44,764 bases of DNA from a virus. Within the stretch, counting starts at the first letter, position 1, and each line of letters begins with the position of its first letter. Made by a program: the position numbers and the translations under genes. The stretch lies in the IMG/VR virus record IMGVR_UViG_3300045988_107297, one strand, 5' to 3'. A model generated the notes under the pieces. The model did not search any database. It was not told where the DNA came from and worked only from the letters and a program-made list of their open reading frames with translations. This document shows, piece after piece, positions 1 to 9,100 of this stretch.

Positions 1-119
1 GGGATGGAGCAGCACAGAGGCAACGTTCGCTGCCACCTTTGATGTTGTCGAAGACGTGCGGTTTTCGGCTGACCTTAGTAGTACAGATGCAACATTCGAT
101 TTCTCTTTCAGTGGGGGAA
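1..119. repeat. terminal direct repeat, copy 1 (identical to 44646..44764)
   Basis: Read directly: bases 1-119 recur verbatim at the window end. This is the typical overlap of a circular or circularly permuted assembly. Confidence 0.95.
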
Positions 120-295
120 CCGCATTGCCGGAGAATTACCTCGGCCCGTATGAAGTAACGCCGAAAGGCAGCGAACAAGAACTCGAAACGGAAAACAAAT
201 ATCTCACAGACAACATCATAGTGCGAGAAATCAAACGCTGGGACGTGGGCAACACGTCGGGCGGGAACACAGTGTACATCGGGGAGGATGCATAA
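2..295 (+). CDS. tail-associated protein, 3' portion (gene starts at ATG 44641 and wraps the contig junction)
   Basis: The reading frame is continuous with 44641..44764 through the terminal repeat. The C-terminal motif NTSGGNTVYIG is shared with the next ORF. Confidence 0.6.
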   Translation, partial: GWSSTEATFAATFDVVEDVRFSADLSSTDATFDFSFSGGTALPENYLGPYEVTPKGSEQELETENKYLTDNIIVREIKRWDVGNTSGGNTVYIGEDA

Positions 296-296
296 C

Positions 297-884
297 ATGC
301 CAGCAGCTACTTACAACAGCAAAGTGATTTTTAACGGCGACGTCTTGATGGATCTCACCGGCGATACCGTCACCGCCGATAAATTGCTTGCCGGGGTCAC
401 AGCCCACGGGAAAGACGGTGCGCCCGTTACTGGAACCTGTGACTTCGATGCCGCAACGGGCGACGCCACCGCTACGGCGGCAGAAATTCTGTCTGGGAAA
501 ACCGCATATGTGAAAGGCACAAAAGTTTCCGGCGAAATGCCTAATCGTGGGGCGGTGACCGGGACAATCAGCACCAAGGCCGGGGCCTATACCGTGCCCC
601 AGGGCTACCACGACGGCAGCGGCAAAGTGACCATCGACAGCACCGAACAGGCAAAGCTCATCCCTACCAACATCCGCAAGGGCGTGACCGTGCTTGGGGT
701 CAGCGGTACAATGTCCGGGAGTGAGGGCATGAAGCCTCAAAGCAAGAGCGTAACGCCCAAAGCTACTGCGCAAACGGTGCTGCCGGATACAGGCTATAAC
801 TGCCTGTCACAAGTGGTTGTGGCCGCCATCCCCTACGCGGTGAGCGACAACACATCTGGCGGCAAAACCGTGACCATCGGGTAA
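297..884 (+). CDS. tail fibre / receptor-binding-like protein
   Basis: ORF 288..884; GGAGG at 281-287 favours ATG 297. It has internal repeats of the form LLxGxTAxGxDGxxVTGT. Its N-terminus NSKVIFNGxVLxDLTxDTV is paralogous to ORF 884. Confidence 0.55.
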   Translation: MPAATYNSKVIFNGDVLMDLTGDTVTADKLLAGVTAHGKDGAPVTGTCDFDAATGDATATAAEILSGKTAYVKGTKVSGEMPNRGAVTGTISTKAGAYTVPQGYHDGSGKVTIDSTEQAKLIPTNIRKGVTVLGVSGTMSGSEGMKPQSKSVTPKATAQTVLPDTGYNCLSQVVVAAIPYAVSDNTSGGKTVTIG

Positions 885-1636
885 TGGCTATGGGCAACAG
901 TAAAATCGTTTTTAACGCCAAGGTGCTAATCGACCTGACCAAGGACACCGTGGCGGCGGCGAAGCTGCTGGAAGGGGCCACCGCCCACGGCAAGGACGGC
1001 GAGCAGGTGACCGGCACGATTTTGAACCGGAACACGGTGGGCAAGCATGGGGCTGTTGGTGCATCTACCGCCTTCCCAAGCGTCGCTGTCACACCCGTGG
1101 AGCGAGACACGCAAGCCTACCAAAATACGGACGGCGTGTCTCGGCTCTTTCTGAAGCCCCCGGCGGGCTATTATAGCGGCGAAAGCTATGTGGGCGAGAC
1201 TTTTGCCAAAGTCGCCTCGACCATCGGCCTGAACGACGGGAACCTCTGTGCCGGGAATACGGTGCTGGGCATCACCGGCAGGGGCCACGCCATGGCGATG
1301 TTTGCCGCCGTTGGTGACGGCCGCTGGAGCGGTGGCTCTTACAACCGGCTCAAGCTGGCCTATACGGTGGGCGGTACCTCCGGCTTCGGCGGCTGGGGCT
1401 GTTGGCTCCCGGCGGGCACTTACCGGGCGTGCGGAGCAATCGCTGACCTGACCGGCTGTTATATCGCGGATGCAGGCACCTTGTCCACCCGGATTTACGG
1501 CGCAGAGCGGGAGTATAACAGCTCTCAGTGGGGCGGGCAGGGCACATTTACGCTTAACGGCAGTCAATGGGTTTCCGTCACCAGCGGCAGCAGCAACTAT
1601 AGCGAGTGCGGGGCCGTGGCCATTTACAGAATTTGA
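884..1636 (+). CDS. tail fibre paralogue
   Basis: TAATG overlap with the previous ORF. Residues about 46-134 (NTVG..DGVSRLxLxPPAGxYxGxSYVGETFxKVAS..LCAGNTVLG) are paralogous to 42992..44299. Confidence 0.6.
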   Translation: MAMGNSKIVFNAKVLIDLTKDTVAAAKLLEGATAHGKDGEQVTGTILNRNTVGKHGAVGASTAFPSVAVTPVERDTQAYQNTDGVSRLFLKPPAGYYSGESYVGETFAKVASTIGLNDGNLCAGNTVLGITGRGHAMAMFAAVGDGRWSGGSYNRLKLAYTVGGTSGFGGWGCWLPAGTYRACGAIADLTGCYIADAGTLSTRIYGAEREYNSSQWGGQGTFTLNGSQWVSVTSGSSNYSECGAVAIYRI

Positions 1637-1653
1637 TCGAGAGGATGAGAACT

Positions 1654-1821
1654 ATGACTTACGAGCAAAAGCAAGAAGCCATCAAGGCCCTTGTGTATGG
1701 CGGCACACAAAAGGCAGCCGCCGATGCGGCTGGTGTGCCCGTCTACGCACTGGCCGAAATCACGCAGGCTGAAATCGACGAGGTGCGAGCCGATCTGAAA
1801 GAAATGGGGTGGCTGGATTGA
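1654..1821 (+). CDS. small hypothetical protein, possibly HTH-like
   Basis: Part of ORF 1606..1821. GAGAGG lies 9 nt upstream of ATG 1654. The segment GTQKAAADAAGVPVYAL looks helix-turn-helix-like. Confidence 0.4.
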   Translation: MTYEQKQEAIKALVYGGTQKAAADAAGVPVYALAEITQAEIDEVRADLKEMGWLD

Positions 1822-1823
1822 GC

Positions 1824-2798
1824 ATGATGGAGGGCGTTGACGTATCGAAGTATCAGGGCACCATCGACTGGGCCAAGGTGAAAGCATCCGGCATGGGCTT
1901 TGCGATGGTGCGGCAGGGCTGGATTAACAGCGACGGAAGCATCACAGAGGACCCTTTTTATCGCCAAAACATGGTCGGGGCAAAGGCTGCGGGCCTGCAT
2001 ACGGGCGTGTATCTGTACAGCTATTGCACGAGCGAAACCGCCATGCGAGCGGCTGCAAGCGCCTGTGTCGCCATGTTGGACGGCTTTGTGTGCGATATGC
2101 CCATTGCTCTGGACTTTGAGCACGCCACGCTGTACAAGCGCTTTTCGCGCGCTGTGAACGCGAGCCTCTGCGCGGCGTTTTTGAGCCGCATTGAGGAGCT
2201 GGGGCGCTACTGCATCATGTACACCTACAAGTCTTTCGCTGCGGCCTATCTTGACATGGCCGCGTTGAGCCGCTATGACTTTTGGCTGGCCCACTACACC
2301 GCCCGCACGGACTACACTGGCCCCTATGGGATGTGGCAGTATACCAGCAGCGGAAGCGTCCCGGGCATTTCCGGGCGCGTGGACTGTAACCACGCTTACA
2401 AGGACTATCCGGCGATCATCACCGGCGAAAAGAAGGAGGATACACCCATGAGCGATCTTCTGAAAGTTGGCCCGGTATCGGGCGGCGACCGCAAGACCCT
2501 GGCAGCCCTGGCCGACAGCCTAGGCCTGCCCCACGAGGACGCGGGCGACTATCTCATCATCGGCCCCGCCAGCGCAGGCGACCGGAAGGCCATCGCCGCA
2601 AAGGCCGCCGCTCTGGCGGTGGGCTGCGTGGAGTATACCGCGCCCGAACCGGAACCTGAACCCGAGCCGGAACCCACGCCTGCCCCCACTCCGGCCCCGG
2701 ACAGCGGCAAAGACGACACCGCCGAGCAGCTGGGCCGCATTGAAGCCAAGCTGGACAAGCTGCTCGGTCTGGTGAACCCCGCACTGCTGGAGGGCTGA
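1824..2798 (+). CDS. endolysin, GH25 muramidase with PE/PT linker and C-terminal repeats
   Basis: N-terminus GVDVSKYQGTIDWAKVKASGMGFAMVR is the GH25 signature. PEPEPEPEPEPTPAPTPAP forms a linker. The duplicated VGPVSGGDRKTLAAL / IGPASAGDRKAIAAK segments look like a wall-binding module. Confidence 0.85.
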   Translation: MMEGVDVSKYQGTIDWAKVKASGMGFAMVRQGWINSDGSITEDPFYRQNMVGAKAAGLHTGVYLYSYCTSETAMRAAASACVAMLDGFVCDMPIALDFEHATLYKRFSRAVNASLCAAFLSRIEELGRYCIMYTYKSFAAAYLDMAALSRYDFWLAHYTARTDYTGPYGMWQYTSSGSVPGISGRVDCNHAYKDYPAIITGEKKEDTPMSDLLKVGPVSGGDRKTLAALADSLGLPHEDAGDYLIIGPASAGDRKAIAAKAAALAVGCVEYTAPEPEPEPEPEPTPAPTPAPDSGKDDTAEQLGRIEAKLDKLLGLVNPALLEG

Positions 2799-2799
2799 T

Positions 2800-3051
2800 A
2801 TGCAAGAATGGACGGTGGTTGGCGTTGTTGTTGTGCTTGTAGGGCTGATCGGCTCTGTGAGCGGCCCGCTCATCAAGCTCAACAGCAACATTACAAAACT
2901 GACAGTCGCAGTGGACAACTTCCAGCATGCTTTGGATAAACTGGAAGGAGAAAACCGCGAAAGTCACAAAATTTTTTACAAGCGGCTGGACTGCCACGAC
3001 AAGGAGCTGGCCCAGCATGAGCAGCGCTTGAAGGCGCTAGAGGAGGAATAA
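2800..3051 (+). CDS. membrane-anchored coiled-coil protein (BhlA/XhlA-like holin-associated?)
   Basis: One N-terminal TM segment (VVGVVVVLVGLIGSV) followed by a charged coiled coil. It lies between the endolysin and the holin. Confidence 0.4.
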   Translation: MQEWTVVGVVVVLVGLIGSVSGPLIKLNSNITKLTVAVDNFQHALDKLEGENRESHKIFYKRLDCHDKELAQHEQRLKALEEE

Positions 3052-3053
3052 TC

Positions 3054-3314
3054 ATGGATATTTCGTTCATTTCTGAGTACATGGTTCCCGTTATCGTGGG
3101 CATCTGCCTGTGCGTTGGATACGTCGTCAAGTCGTGGGTGAAGGATGTCGATAACAAATACATCCCCACCATGTGCGCCGTACTGGGTGTGATTCTGGCC
3201 GTGTGGATGCACTGGCCTGCCGTGGACGCTGGTGTGATTTTGTCCGGCCTTGCGTCCGGCCTTGCGTCCACCGGTCTGCACCAGGTGTTTAAGCAGCTGC
3301 TTGGCGGGGAGTGA
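3054..3314 (+). CDS. holin
   Basis: 86 aa with 2-3 TM segments. Motif KYIPxxxxxLGVxL...SGLASGLASTGLHQVFKQLL resembles clostridial phage holins. It is adjacent to the endolysin. Confidence 0.75.
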   Translation: MDISFISEYMVPVIVGICLCVGYVVKSWVKDVDNKYIPTMCAVLGVILAVWMHWPAVDAGVILSGLASGLASTGLHQVFKQLLGGE

Positions 3315-3587
3315 TTGAGTATGGCACATCAAGTGCCTTGGAACAAGATCATTCTCGAAGAGTTTATCCGGCTTGCTATCCTTACGAAGGACGAGGAAGC
3401 GGTAATGCGGACGCGGGTTGCCGGGTGGACACGGGTTGAACAGTCTATGAAGTTGGGTATGTCTCTAGCGAAAGTGGACAAAATCACTGCAAGACTAAAG
3501 AAAAAGTACGATGGTGTGCAGAGATACAGCGTAATTTTGCCGCCCCGCAAAACCAGCACGAAAGAAACGTACATGGATACGCACTAA
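3315..3587 (+). CDS. sigma-70 region-4 / LuxR-like HTH regulator
   Basis: The segment LTKDEEAVMRTRVAGWTRVEQSMKLGMSLAKVDKITARLKKK resembles a sigma region-4 HTH. Confidence 0.45.
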   Translation: MSMAHQVPWNKIILEEFIRLAILTKDEEAVMRTRVAGWTRVEQSMKLGMSLAKVDKITARLKKKYDGVQRYSVILPPRKTSTKETYMDTH

Positions 3588-3717
3588 CTTTCAGGCGAAA
3601 AGCGTATAACAATACGGCTGTAAAAATACGGTTTTACGTCCTTTGTTTGGAGTATGATTATATCAGGGGAGGAAAACGCCTTCCCTGTAAACGAACCAAA
3701 CGAAAGGAGAAAACCGT

Positions 3718-4284
3718 ATGGAAATGACCTATGCATCCAGAGGTGTGGCAAATGCTGGCCTGGCCACTGGCATTGTCGGCGCCGCCCTTGGCACGCTGAA
3801 CGCTGTGGGCGGCCTTGGTGCCATGGCATTGAACGGTGGGCGTGTTGCCGAGTGCAGCGATAACCAGCCTATCAACCGGTACGAGCTCGATCTCGTGCAG
3901 AAGAACGCAAAGCTGGAATCCGACATTGCGCTGCGTGACGCGAACACCTACAATGACCAGAAGACGCTGGAAATGTACAAGTACATTGACGGGCGGCTGC
4001 GTGGCATTGAGGAAGTGCAGGCGGCGCAGGCCGTCCACAACCAGAAAACCGAGGACAGCTTCGTGCTGGCCCGGCAGGACATTGCCGCTGTGCGTGACAG
4101 CCTGACCGAGAAAATCAAGCTGGAAGCCGAGCGCCGGTGCTGCGGTGACAACTCCATCTTGAATTACGTGAACGCCACCTTCTACCCGAAGATGGTTGCG
4201 GACGTGACCACTGGAACCGGCACCACCGCACAGACCCTGTACAACCCGCTGCCTAAATGCGGCGAGTGCTGCAACGGTAACTGA
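3718..4284 (+). CDS. hypothetical protein: Gly/Ala-rich hydrophobic N-terminus, coiled coil, Cys-rich C-terminus
   Basis: RBS GAAAGGAG lies upstream. The N-terminus is GVANAGLATGIVGAALGTLNAVGGLGAMAL. The C-terminus carries RRCCGDN and KCGECCNGN. A hairpin terminator follows. Confidence 0.6.
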   Translation: MEMTYASRGVANAGLATGIVGAALGTLNAVGGLGAMALNGGRVAECSDNQPINRYELDLVQKNAKLESDIALRDANTYNDQKTLEMYKYIDGRLRGIEEVQAAQAVHNQKTEDSFVLARQDIAAVRDSLTEKIKLEAERRCCGDNSILNYVNATFYPKMVADVTTGTGTTAQTLYNPLPKCGECCNGN

Positions 4285-4288
4285 GCCG

Positions 4289-4324
4289 ATGGGGGCGGGG
4301 CTAGGCTTCGCCCCCATTCTCTTT
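4289..4324 (+). terminator. rho-independent terminator or attenuator
   Basis: ATGGGGGCG (4289-4297) pairs with CGCCCCCAT (4309-4317) and is followed by TCTCTTT. Confidence 0.6.
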
Positions 4325-4338
4325 GAAGGAGGATGGTT

Positions 4339-4680
4339 ATGGTTAGCATGGACATGGTACAGCGGGGCATTAACCGCTATATGGAGCAAGAGATCATCAG
4401 CCGACTGCCGGAAGGAAGTCTGGGCCGGTTTGCCGCAAATGCCGCTAAATATGTGTTTGTCGCACGAAGTGGAAACGCCATGAATTCGCTTGCAGAAAAC
4501 CCCATTGCAAAGGCGTTTGGACTGACAGCTGACGGGCAACTGGACATTGACCTAGCGGCAGAGGCGGCGCGGGAGAGCATCCCCGACAACGGTTTGAAGG
4601 TTGACGTGCCGGTGCTGGGCAGGATGACCTTCCACCGTGGAGATGTGGACACACTGCTGCGCATGATTATGGAGGGCTGA
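4339..4680 (+). CDS. hypothetical protein
   Basis: ORF 4333..4680. GAAGGAGG at 4325-4332 favours ATG 4339. Confidence 0.55.
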   Translation: MVSMDMVQRGINRYMEQEIISRLPEGSLGRFAANAAKYVFVARSGNAMNSLAENPIAKAFGLTADGQLDIDLAAEAARESIPDNGLKVDVPVLGRMTFHRGDVDTLLRMIMEG

Positions 4681-4683
4681 GGT

Positions 4684-5253
4684 ATGACCCGAGAAGAAAT
4701 CTTCTCCGCTATATCCGCCCGACAAATCGAAGGCATTATGTTGCACGACCAAATGGCGCAGTGCTTCACGTTCCTGCATCTTGACGGTTACAAGCGGCTG
4801 CAAGAGTTTCGCTTCATGGACGAGGCCGCCGAACATCGAAACATGGTGCGGTTTTACATCGAGCGTTACAACCGCCTGATACCGGGCGCACACGCAAACA
4901 ATCCGGCGATCCTGCCGGAAAGTTGGATGGGCCGAACCCGACTTGAAGTGGACACGGCAACAAAGCGCATGGCCGTGCGGGATATGTTTAAGCGCTGGGT
5001 GAATTGGGAATCCAGCACATTGAGCAGCTTGCAAGCACACGCGCAAATCCTGTACAACAGCGGAGACGTTGTAGGCGCTGACTACATCGGGCGCATGGCG
5101 AAAGATGTGGCAGACGAGTTAAAGACCGCAACCGGCATGATGATTGACTTGGATGCGGTGGACTACGACATGGCCGTGATTCTCGACAGACAGCCAGCGC
5201 TGCACCGAAAGTACAAACACAAGTTGAAGGAAATCGGAGAAGCGTTTTCCTGA
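4684..5253 (+). CDS. hypothetical helical protein (loosely ferritin/Dps-like)
   Basis: RBS GGAGGG lies upstream. There is only a loose resemblance (LHLDGYKRLQEFRFMDEAAEH) to ferritin-like four-helix bundles. Confidence 0.5.
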   Translation: MTREEIFSAISARQIEGIMLHDQMAQCFTFLHLDGYKRLQEFRFMDEAAEHRNMVRFYIERYNRLIPGAHANNPAILPESWMGRTRLEVDTATKRMAVRDMFKRWVNWESSTLSSLQAHAQILYNSGDVVGADYIGRMAKDVADELKTATGMMIDLDAVDYDMAVILDRQPALHRKYKHKLKEIGEAFS

Positions 5254-5257
5254 CAAC

Positions 5258-5290
5258 AAGCTCTGAGGAGAAATCCTTGGAGCTTTTTTA
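5258..5290 (+). terminator. weak rho-independent terminator
   Basis: AAGCTC (5258-5263) pairs with GAGCTT (5280-5285) and runs into TTTTTT. The loop is rather large. Confidence 0.45.
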
Positions 5291-5308
5291 TCTAGAAAGG
5301 ATGGGAAT

Positions 5309-6073
5309 ATGGCAAGAAAGCTTGTAAGCCTGGGTGACTATGAAAAGCAGGCTGCTGCACAAGGCGGCGCTCGAAAAATGTACAACAACAGCGGATGGAG
5401 CGTGGGCAACAACGCGGGGAATGCTGCCTCTGTGCGAAAGACGTACTCCGGAAGCAGCGGCGGTTCTTCGTCTGGCAGATCCTCTTATTCTGCACCTGCC
5501 GTTCAGGCCGCACCCGCTTCCAGTGGCCCCAGCTATGCGGACGCATATGCAGATGCATTGGCCTCTATCATGGCAGAACAGCGGCGACAGCGGGAAGCAG
5601 CGTATCAAAAGGCAGCGGCAGCCCAGAAGGAAAACCTCAGCTTTGCCACAAATCAGCTGACCGACACCACCAATGACGCGCTGAAACAGGCTTACATCAA
5701 CAAAATGCAGACCCTCCGCAACCTGCCCCAGCAGATGAGCGCGCAGGGCTTGAACGGTGGAGCGTCGGAAACCACTCTGGCGAGCATGAATAACAACTAC
5801 GGCAACGCCCGGAACCAGCTGGAAACCGAGCGGTTGAAGCAGCTTGCCAGCCTGCAAAACACCTACCAAAACAACCTTGCACAGCTGGAAGCTCAGCGGG
5901 CCAGCGGCGATGCGGCACAGCTCTCCAACATTGCCCCCACGCTGGCCAACCTTGTGGCCACTAACACCCCTGCAAGCGTGAACATCACGCAGGGAAGCGG
6001 CGGTAACGCTGGCAACGTAAGCGCATGGCTGCGTAAGCTGATGGGTTACGACGACGAGGACTATTACAACTGA
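5309..6073 (+). CDS. low-complexity Ser/Gly/Ala/Gln-rich protein, possible internal virion protein
   Basis: RBS AAAGGATGGG lies upstream. The composition is coiled-coil-like (QLETERLKQLASLQNTYQNNLAQLEAQ). It lies directly upstream of the giant ORF. Confidence 0.5.
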   Translation: MARKLVSLGDYEKQAAAQGGARKMYNNSGWSVGNNAGNAASVRKTYSGSSGGSSSGRSSYSAPAVQAAPASSGPSYADAYADALASIMAEQRRQREAAYQKAAAAQKENLSFATNQLTDTTNDALKQAYINKMQTLRNLPQQMSAQGLNGGASETTLASMNNNYGNARNQLETERLKQLASLQNTYQNNLAQLEAQRASGDAAQLSNIAPTLANLVATNTPASVNITQGSGGNAGNVSAWLRKLMGYDDEDYYN

Positions 6074-6085
6074 TTTCATTCTCCG

Positions 6086-6115
6086 CCCGGCCTGAAACAC
6101 GGCCGGGATTTTTTT
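6086..6115 (+). terminator. rho-independent terminator
   Basis: CCCGGCC (6086-6092) pairs with GGCCGGG (6101-6107), followed by ATTTTTTT. Confidence 0.7.
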
Positions 6116-6132
6116 GAAATAAGGAGGACTCC

Positions 6133-9100
6133 ATGCCCTATTCTGACCAGGAAGCGTTTCTGAACGCCTACCTTAAAAACTATGCAAAGGCCCAACAAAA
6201 CGCCGTGAACAGCGGCAAAACCGGCCTGAGCAGCGCCCGCTACACCGGACAGCAGGCAATGAATGCTGCACCCACAACTCTGCCCGACTATGGCGACATT
6301 GCAGGCAGTTTCACCACCGCCTACACGAAGCAGCTGGCGGCCGTTGAAGCCCAGCGCGAGAAGGAAGCGAAGGCAGCCCAGGCAGCAGCAGAAAAAGAAG
6401 CAAGGGCAGCCGCAAGTGCGGCGAAAAAAGCATCCTCTTCCACCACAAAGAGCAAGAAGCTGAAGAAGGAAGAGCTTAAAGCACTGGATGCAGAGCTGGA
6501 AGAACTGGCCAAAACGCGGGTGGCCCTGCAAGAAAGAAAAGAAACCCAAGATGCGAACACCCGCGAGCGCATCAAGGAGAACGTCGGAGACACTGCCGGT
6601 ATTTCCAGCCTTACAGCCGCAAGCAGAACCTTCGCACCTGAAAGGAAAGGCAGTGCCACAAAGAAAAGCCTTTCGCAACGGATTGTCGCTGGCGTGAAAG
6701 GTTTGGCAAAAGTCCCTTCTGCCGTCAAAGACGGCGTTGTGCAAGGCACTGCGCTGCACAACCGGATGAAGGCCGCGCGTGGTGGAGTGTCTGCCGAAGA
6801 TAGTGTGGATTTAGGCGGCGTCCAAACCCCGCAAGCAACGGCAGCAAAACAAAAATCCAGAACCAAAGCCCGAGCCTCTGTAGCAAAGCAGAACTTCACG
6901 ACACAGGAGCTGGATGCACGTCTGACCGCGACAAACCAGCGTATGCGGGAGCTGCAAAAGCAGGGAAAGACCAAAACTCGGGAATACCGGCAACTGCAAA
7001 ACCAGCATGACACCTATGCAACCGCGTTGGGCGTGGACTCTTTTGCTGGCCGCGCAGGCGCAACCGGACTTGGTGCAGTCTCCGGCTTTGCTGCTGGCTT
7101 GGCGAACATGGGCGATGCCACGGCTCGCGCAATCCGTGGTCAGTCTGCAAGCATGGATATTCCGGAGTATGAGGCAGCATCGGACGACCTGCAAGAAGCC
7201 AACGAGCAGCGGGACGCTCTGATTCAGATGGGCCGGGCCTACACCGACACGCCGAACGGCCCTGTCGCTACGCCTGAATTCCAGCAGGTGCTTGACCGCA
7301 TTGCAAGCGCAAAGGGTGTGCGGGCTGAAAATCAAGTAACCCCCGAGCGCAATCAAGTTGTGAGCAATATGCTGGACTTTGCCCAGAACCAGAACCAGAA
7401 AGCACAGGCGGGCCTTGACAACACCGGCCGGTTTTTGGTGGGCACAATCGGAAGTGTCGCGCAGAACCTTCCTGCCTTTGCAGCAGCGGCGGCCGTGCCA
7501 GAAGCTGCCCCCGTTTTGATTCCCGCCCTCATGGGCGTAAGCGCGGCAGGCAACCGGGAAAACGAGCTGGAACAACGCGGTGTGCCTCTGAATCAGGCTG
7601 TGTTGCGCAGTGGCCTGAGCGGCGCAGTGTCCGCCATTACCAACAAGCTGCCCCTTGAGCAGGGCGCAGAACTCATGGCCGGAAACGGCCCCGGTTTTGT
7701 CCGCGCTATGGCCCGGCAAGCACTGAGCGAAGGCGGGCAGGAAGCCTCTGAGTATGCAGCAGACTACGGCCTCGACGTTTTGGCCGGAGACCCGGATGCA
7801 AACTTCAGCCTTGCCGAACTTGGGCAGCAGGCGCTGGGCGGCGCACTGGGCGGCGCAATCAGCGCGGCCGGAAGCTCTCTCATTGGCAGCGGCATGAATC
7901 GCGCAAGAGAAGCGCTTGGGGCCAACGGGAACGCCCCTATGGACACGGATGTGCAGCAGGCAGAACCGGTATCGCCCGCCCCTGAAAACTCCGTATCCCC
8001 CGAACCTGAATCTGTATCACCCAGTGCTGAAACCGCCACACAGCAGCCGCTGGAAGCCACGCAGGAAGGCATTCCGGAGCTTGGCGTGGTAGCACCCGAT
8101 GCAGCCCCGAAAACTGCCATTGACGTGATTGTGGACGCATACCGCAACGGCACGCTGACAAACAAGCAGATTGACCAGCTGAAACCCGGCGGCGAACTGC
8201 GGCAAGCGTTTGAAGAGGCCACGGGCGTAACACTCCCAGACACCAGCAGCGAGACGCGGAAGGCGTTGAAGGCTGGAATGCAGGAAGAAATTCCCTATCT
8301 GCGGCCTGTTGACAGCGCCGAAAACGCGGGTTATGATGGAACCAATGAAGCCTATACAGGAGGTGCGAGCTATGACGGAACTGGAAGAACGAGCGGAAGT
8401 ATTGCGCAACCGGACGGAGAAGGACGAGAGGGAATTCCAGAATTATTACGCAACCCTGAAAACAGGGGGTGGCAAGGAAGCGGCGCAAATAATGTGGCAG
8501 AGAGGAACTCCGTTGGAGGAAATCAAGTATTACATGGACTTCTGACCGATTCCCCAGAAATGCAAGCAGCCCTTGAACGAAGTGGAGCCACACCCCTTGA
8601 GCTGAGAGACACGACCAGTGACCCTCAGCTCTTTTCATCGGCCCTGGAAGAAGCCCGGCAGAAAAATCCCCATGGCCTAATGGTGAGCCCGAAAACCGTC
8701 GAAGAGCTGAACCAGCCCGGAACCCGCACCTTTATGAGCGCAGACAATATGGCCGGTGCGCTGGTGACGGCGGACGGAGACATTGAAGCGGTGTTCAAGA
8801 ACCCGCAAAGTAAGGCGAAGCAGGCGGCAACCTCTCTTTTGATTACTGCCGTGGAAAACGGTGGCCGCAAGCTGGATTGCTATGGCCTTGATTTAGTAAC
8901 ACAATACAACCGAAGAGGTTTTGAAGCAGTCGCCCGTATCCCGTTCAATGCGGGAGCGGTGGAAGACGGCTGGACATATGGCGCGAAAGATGTTTATGTG
9001 ATGAAGCTGCTCGACGGCGTAACGGCGCAAGACATTGCGGGACGATTACGTATGGACGAAGCTGACGGCGGCTTCCATATGCAGACCGATGCAGAGCTTG

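Noticed and set aside
2640-2700. A tandem GAACC(G/T)-type DNA repeat
   Set aside because: It simply encodes the PEPEPEPEPEPTPAPTPAP interdomain linker of the endolysin. It is not an independent repeat element.
3620-3665. A sigma-70 promoter upstream of the 188-aa moron (TATGAT at 3653)
   Set aside because: No acceptable -35 hexamer lies at 16-18 nt spacing, so no promoter is called.
4684-5253. A ferritin/Dps assignment for the 189-aa protein
   Set aside because: Only a loose helical resemblance exists, and the canonical ExxH di-iron ligand spacing is not clearly present. It is left as hypothetical.
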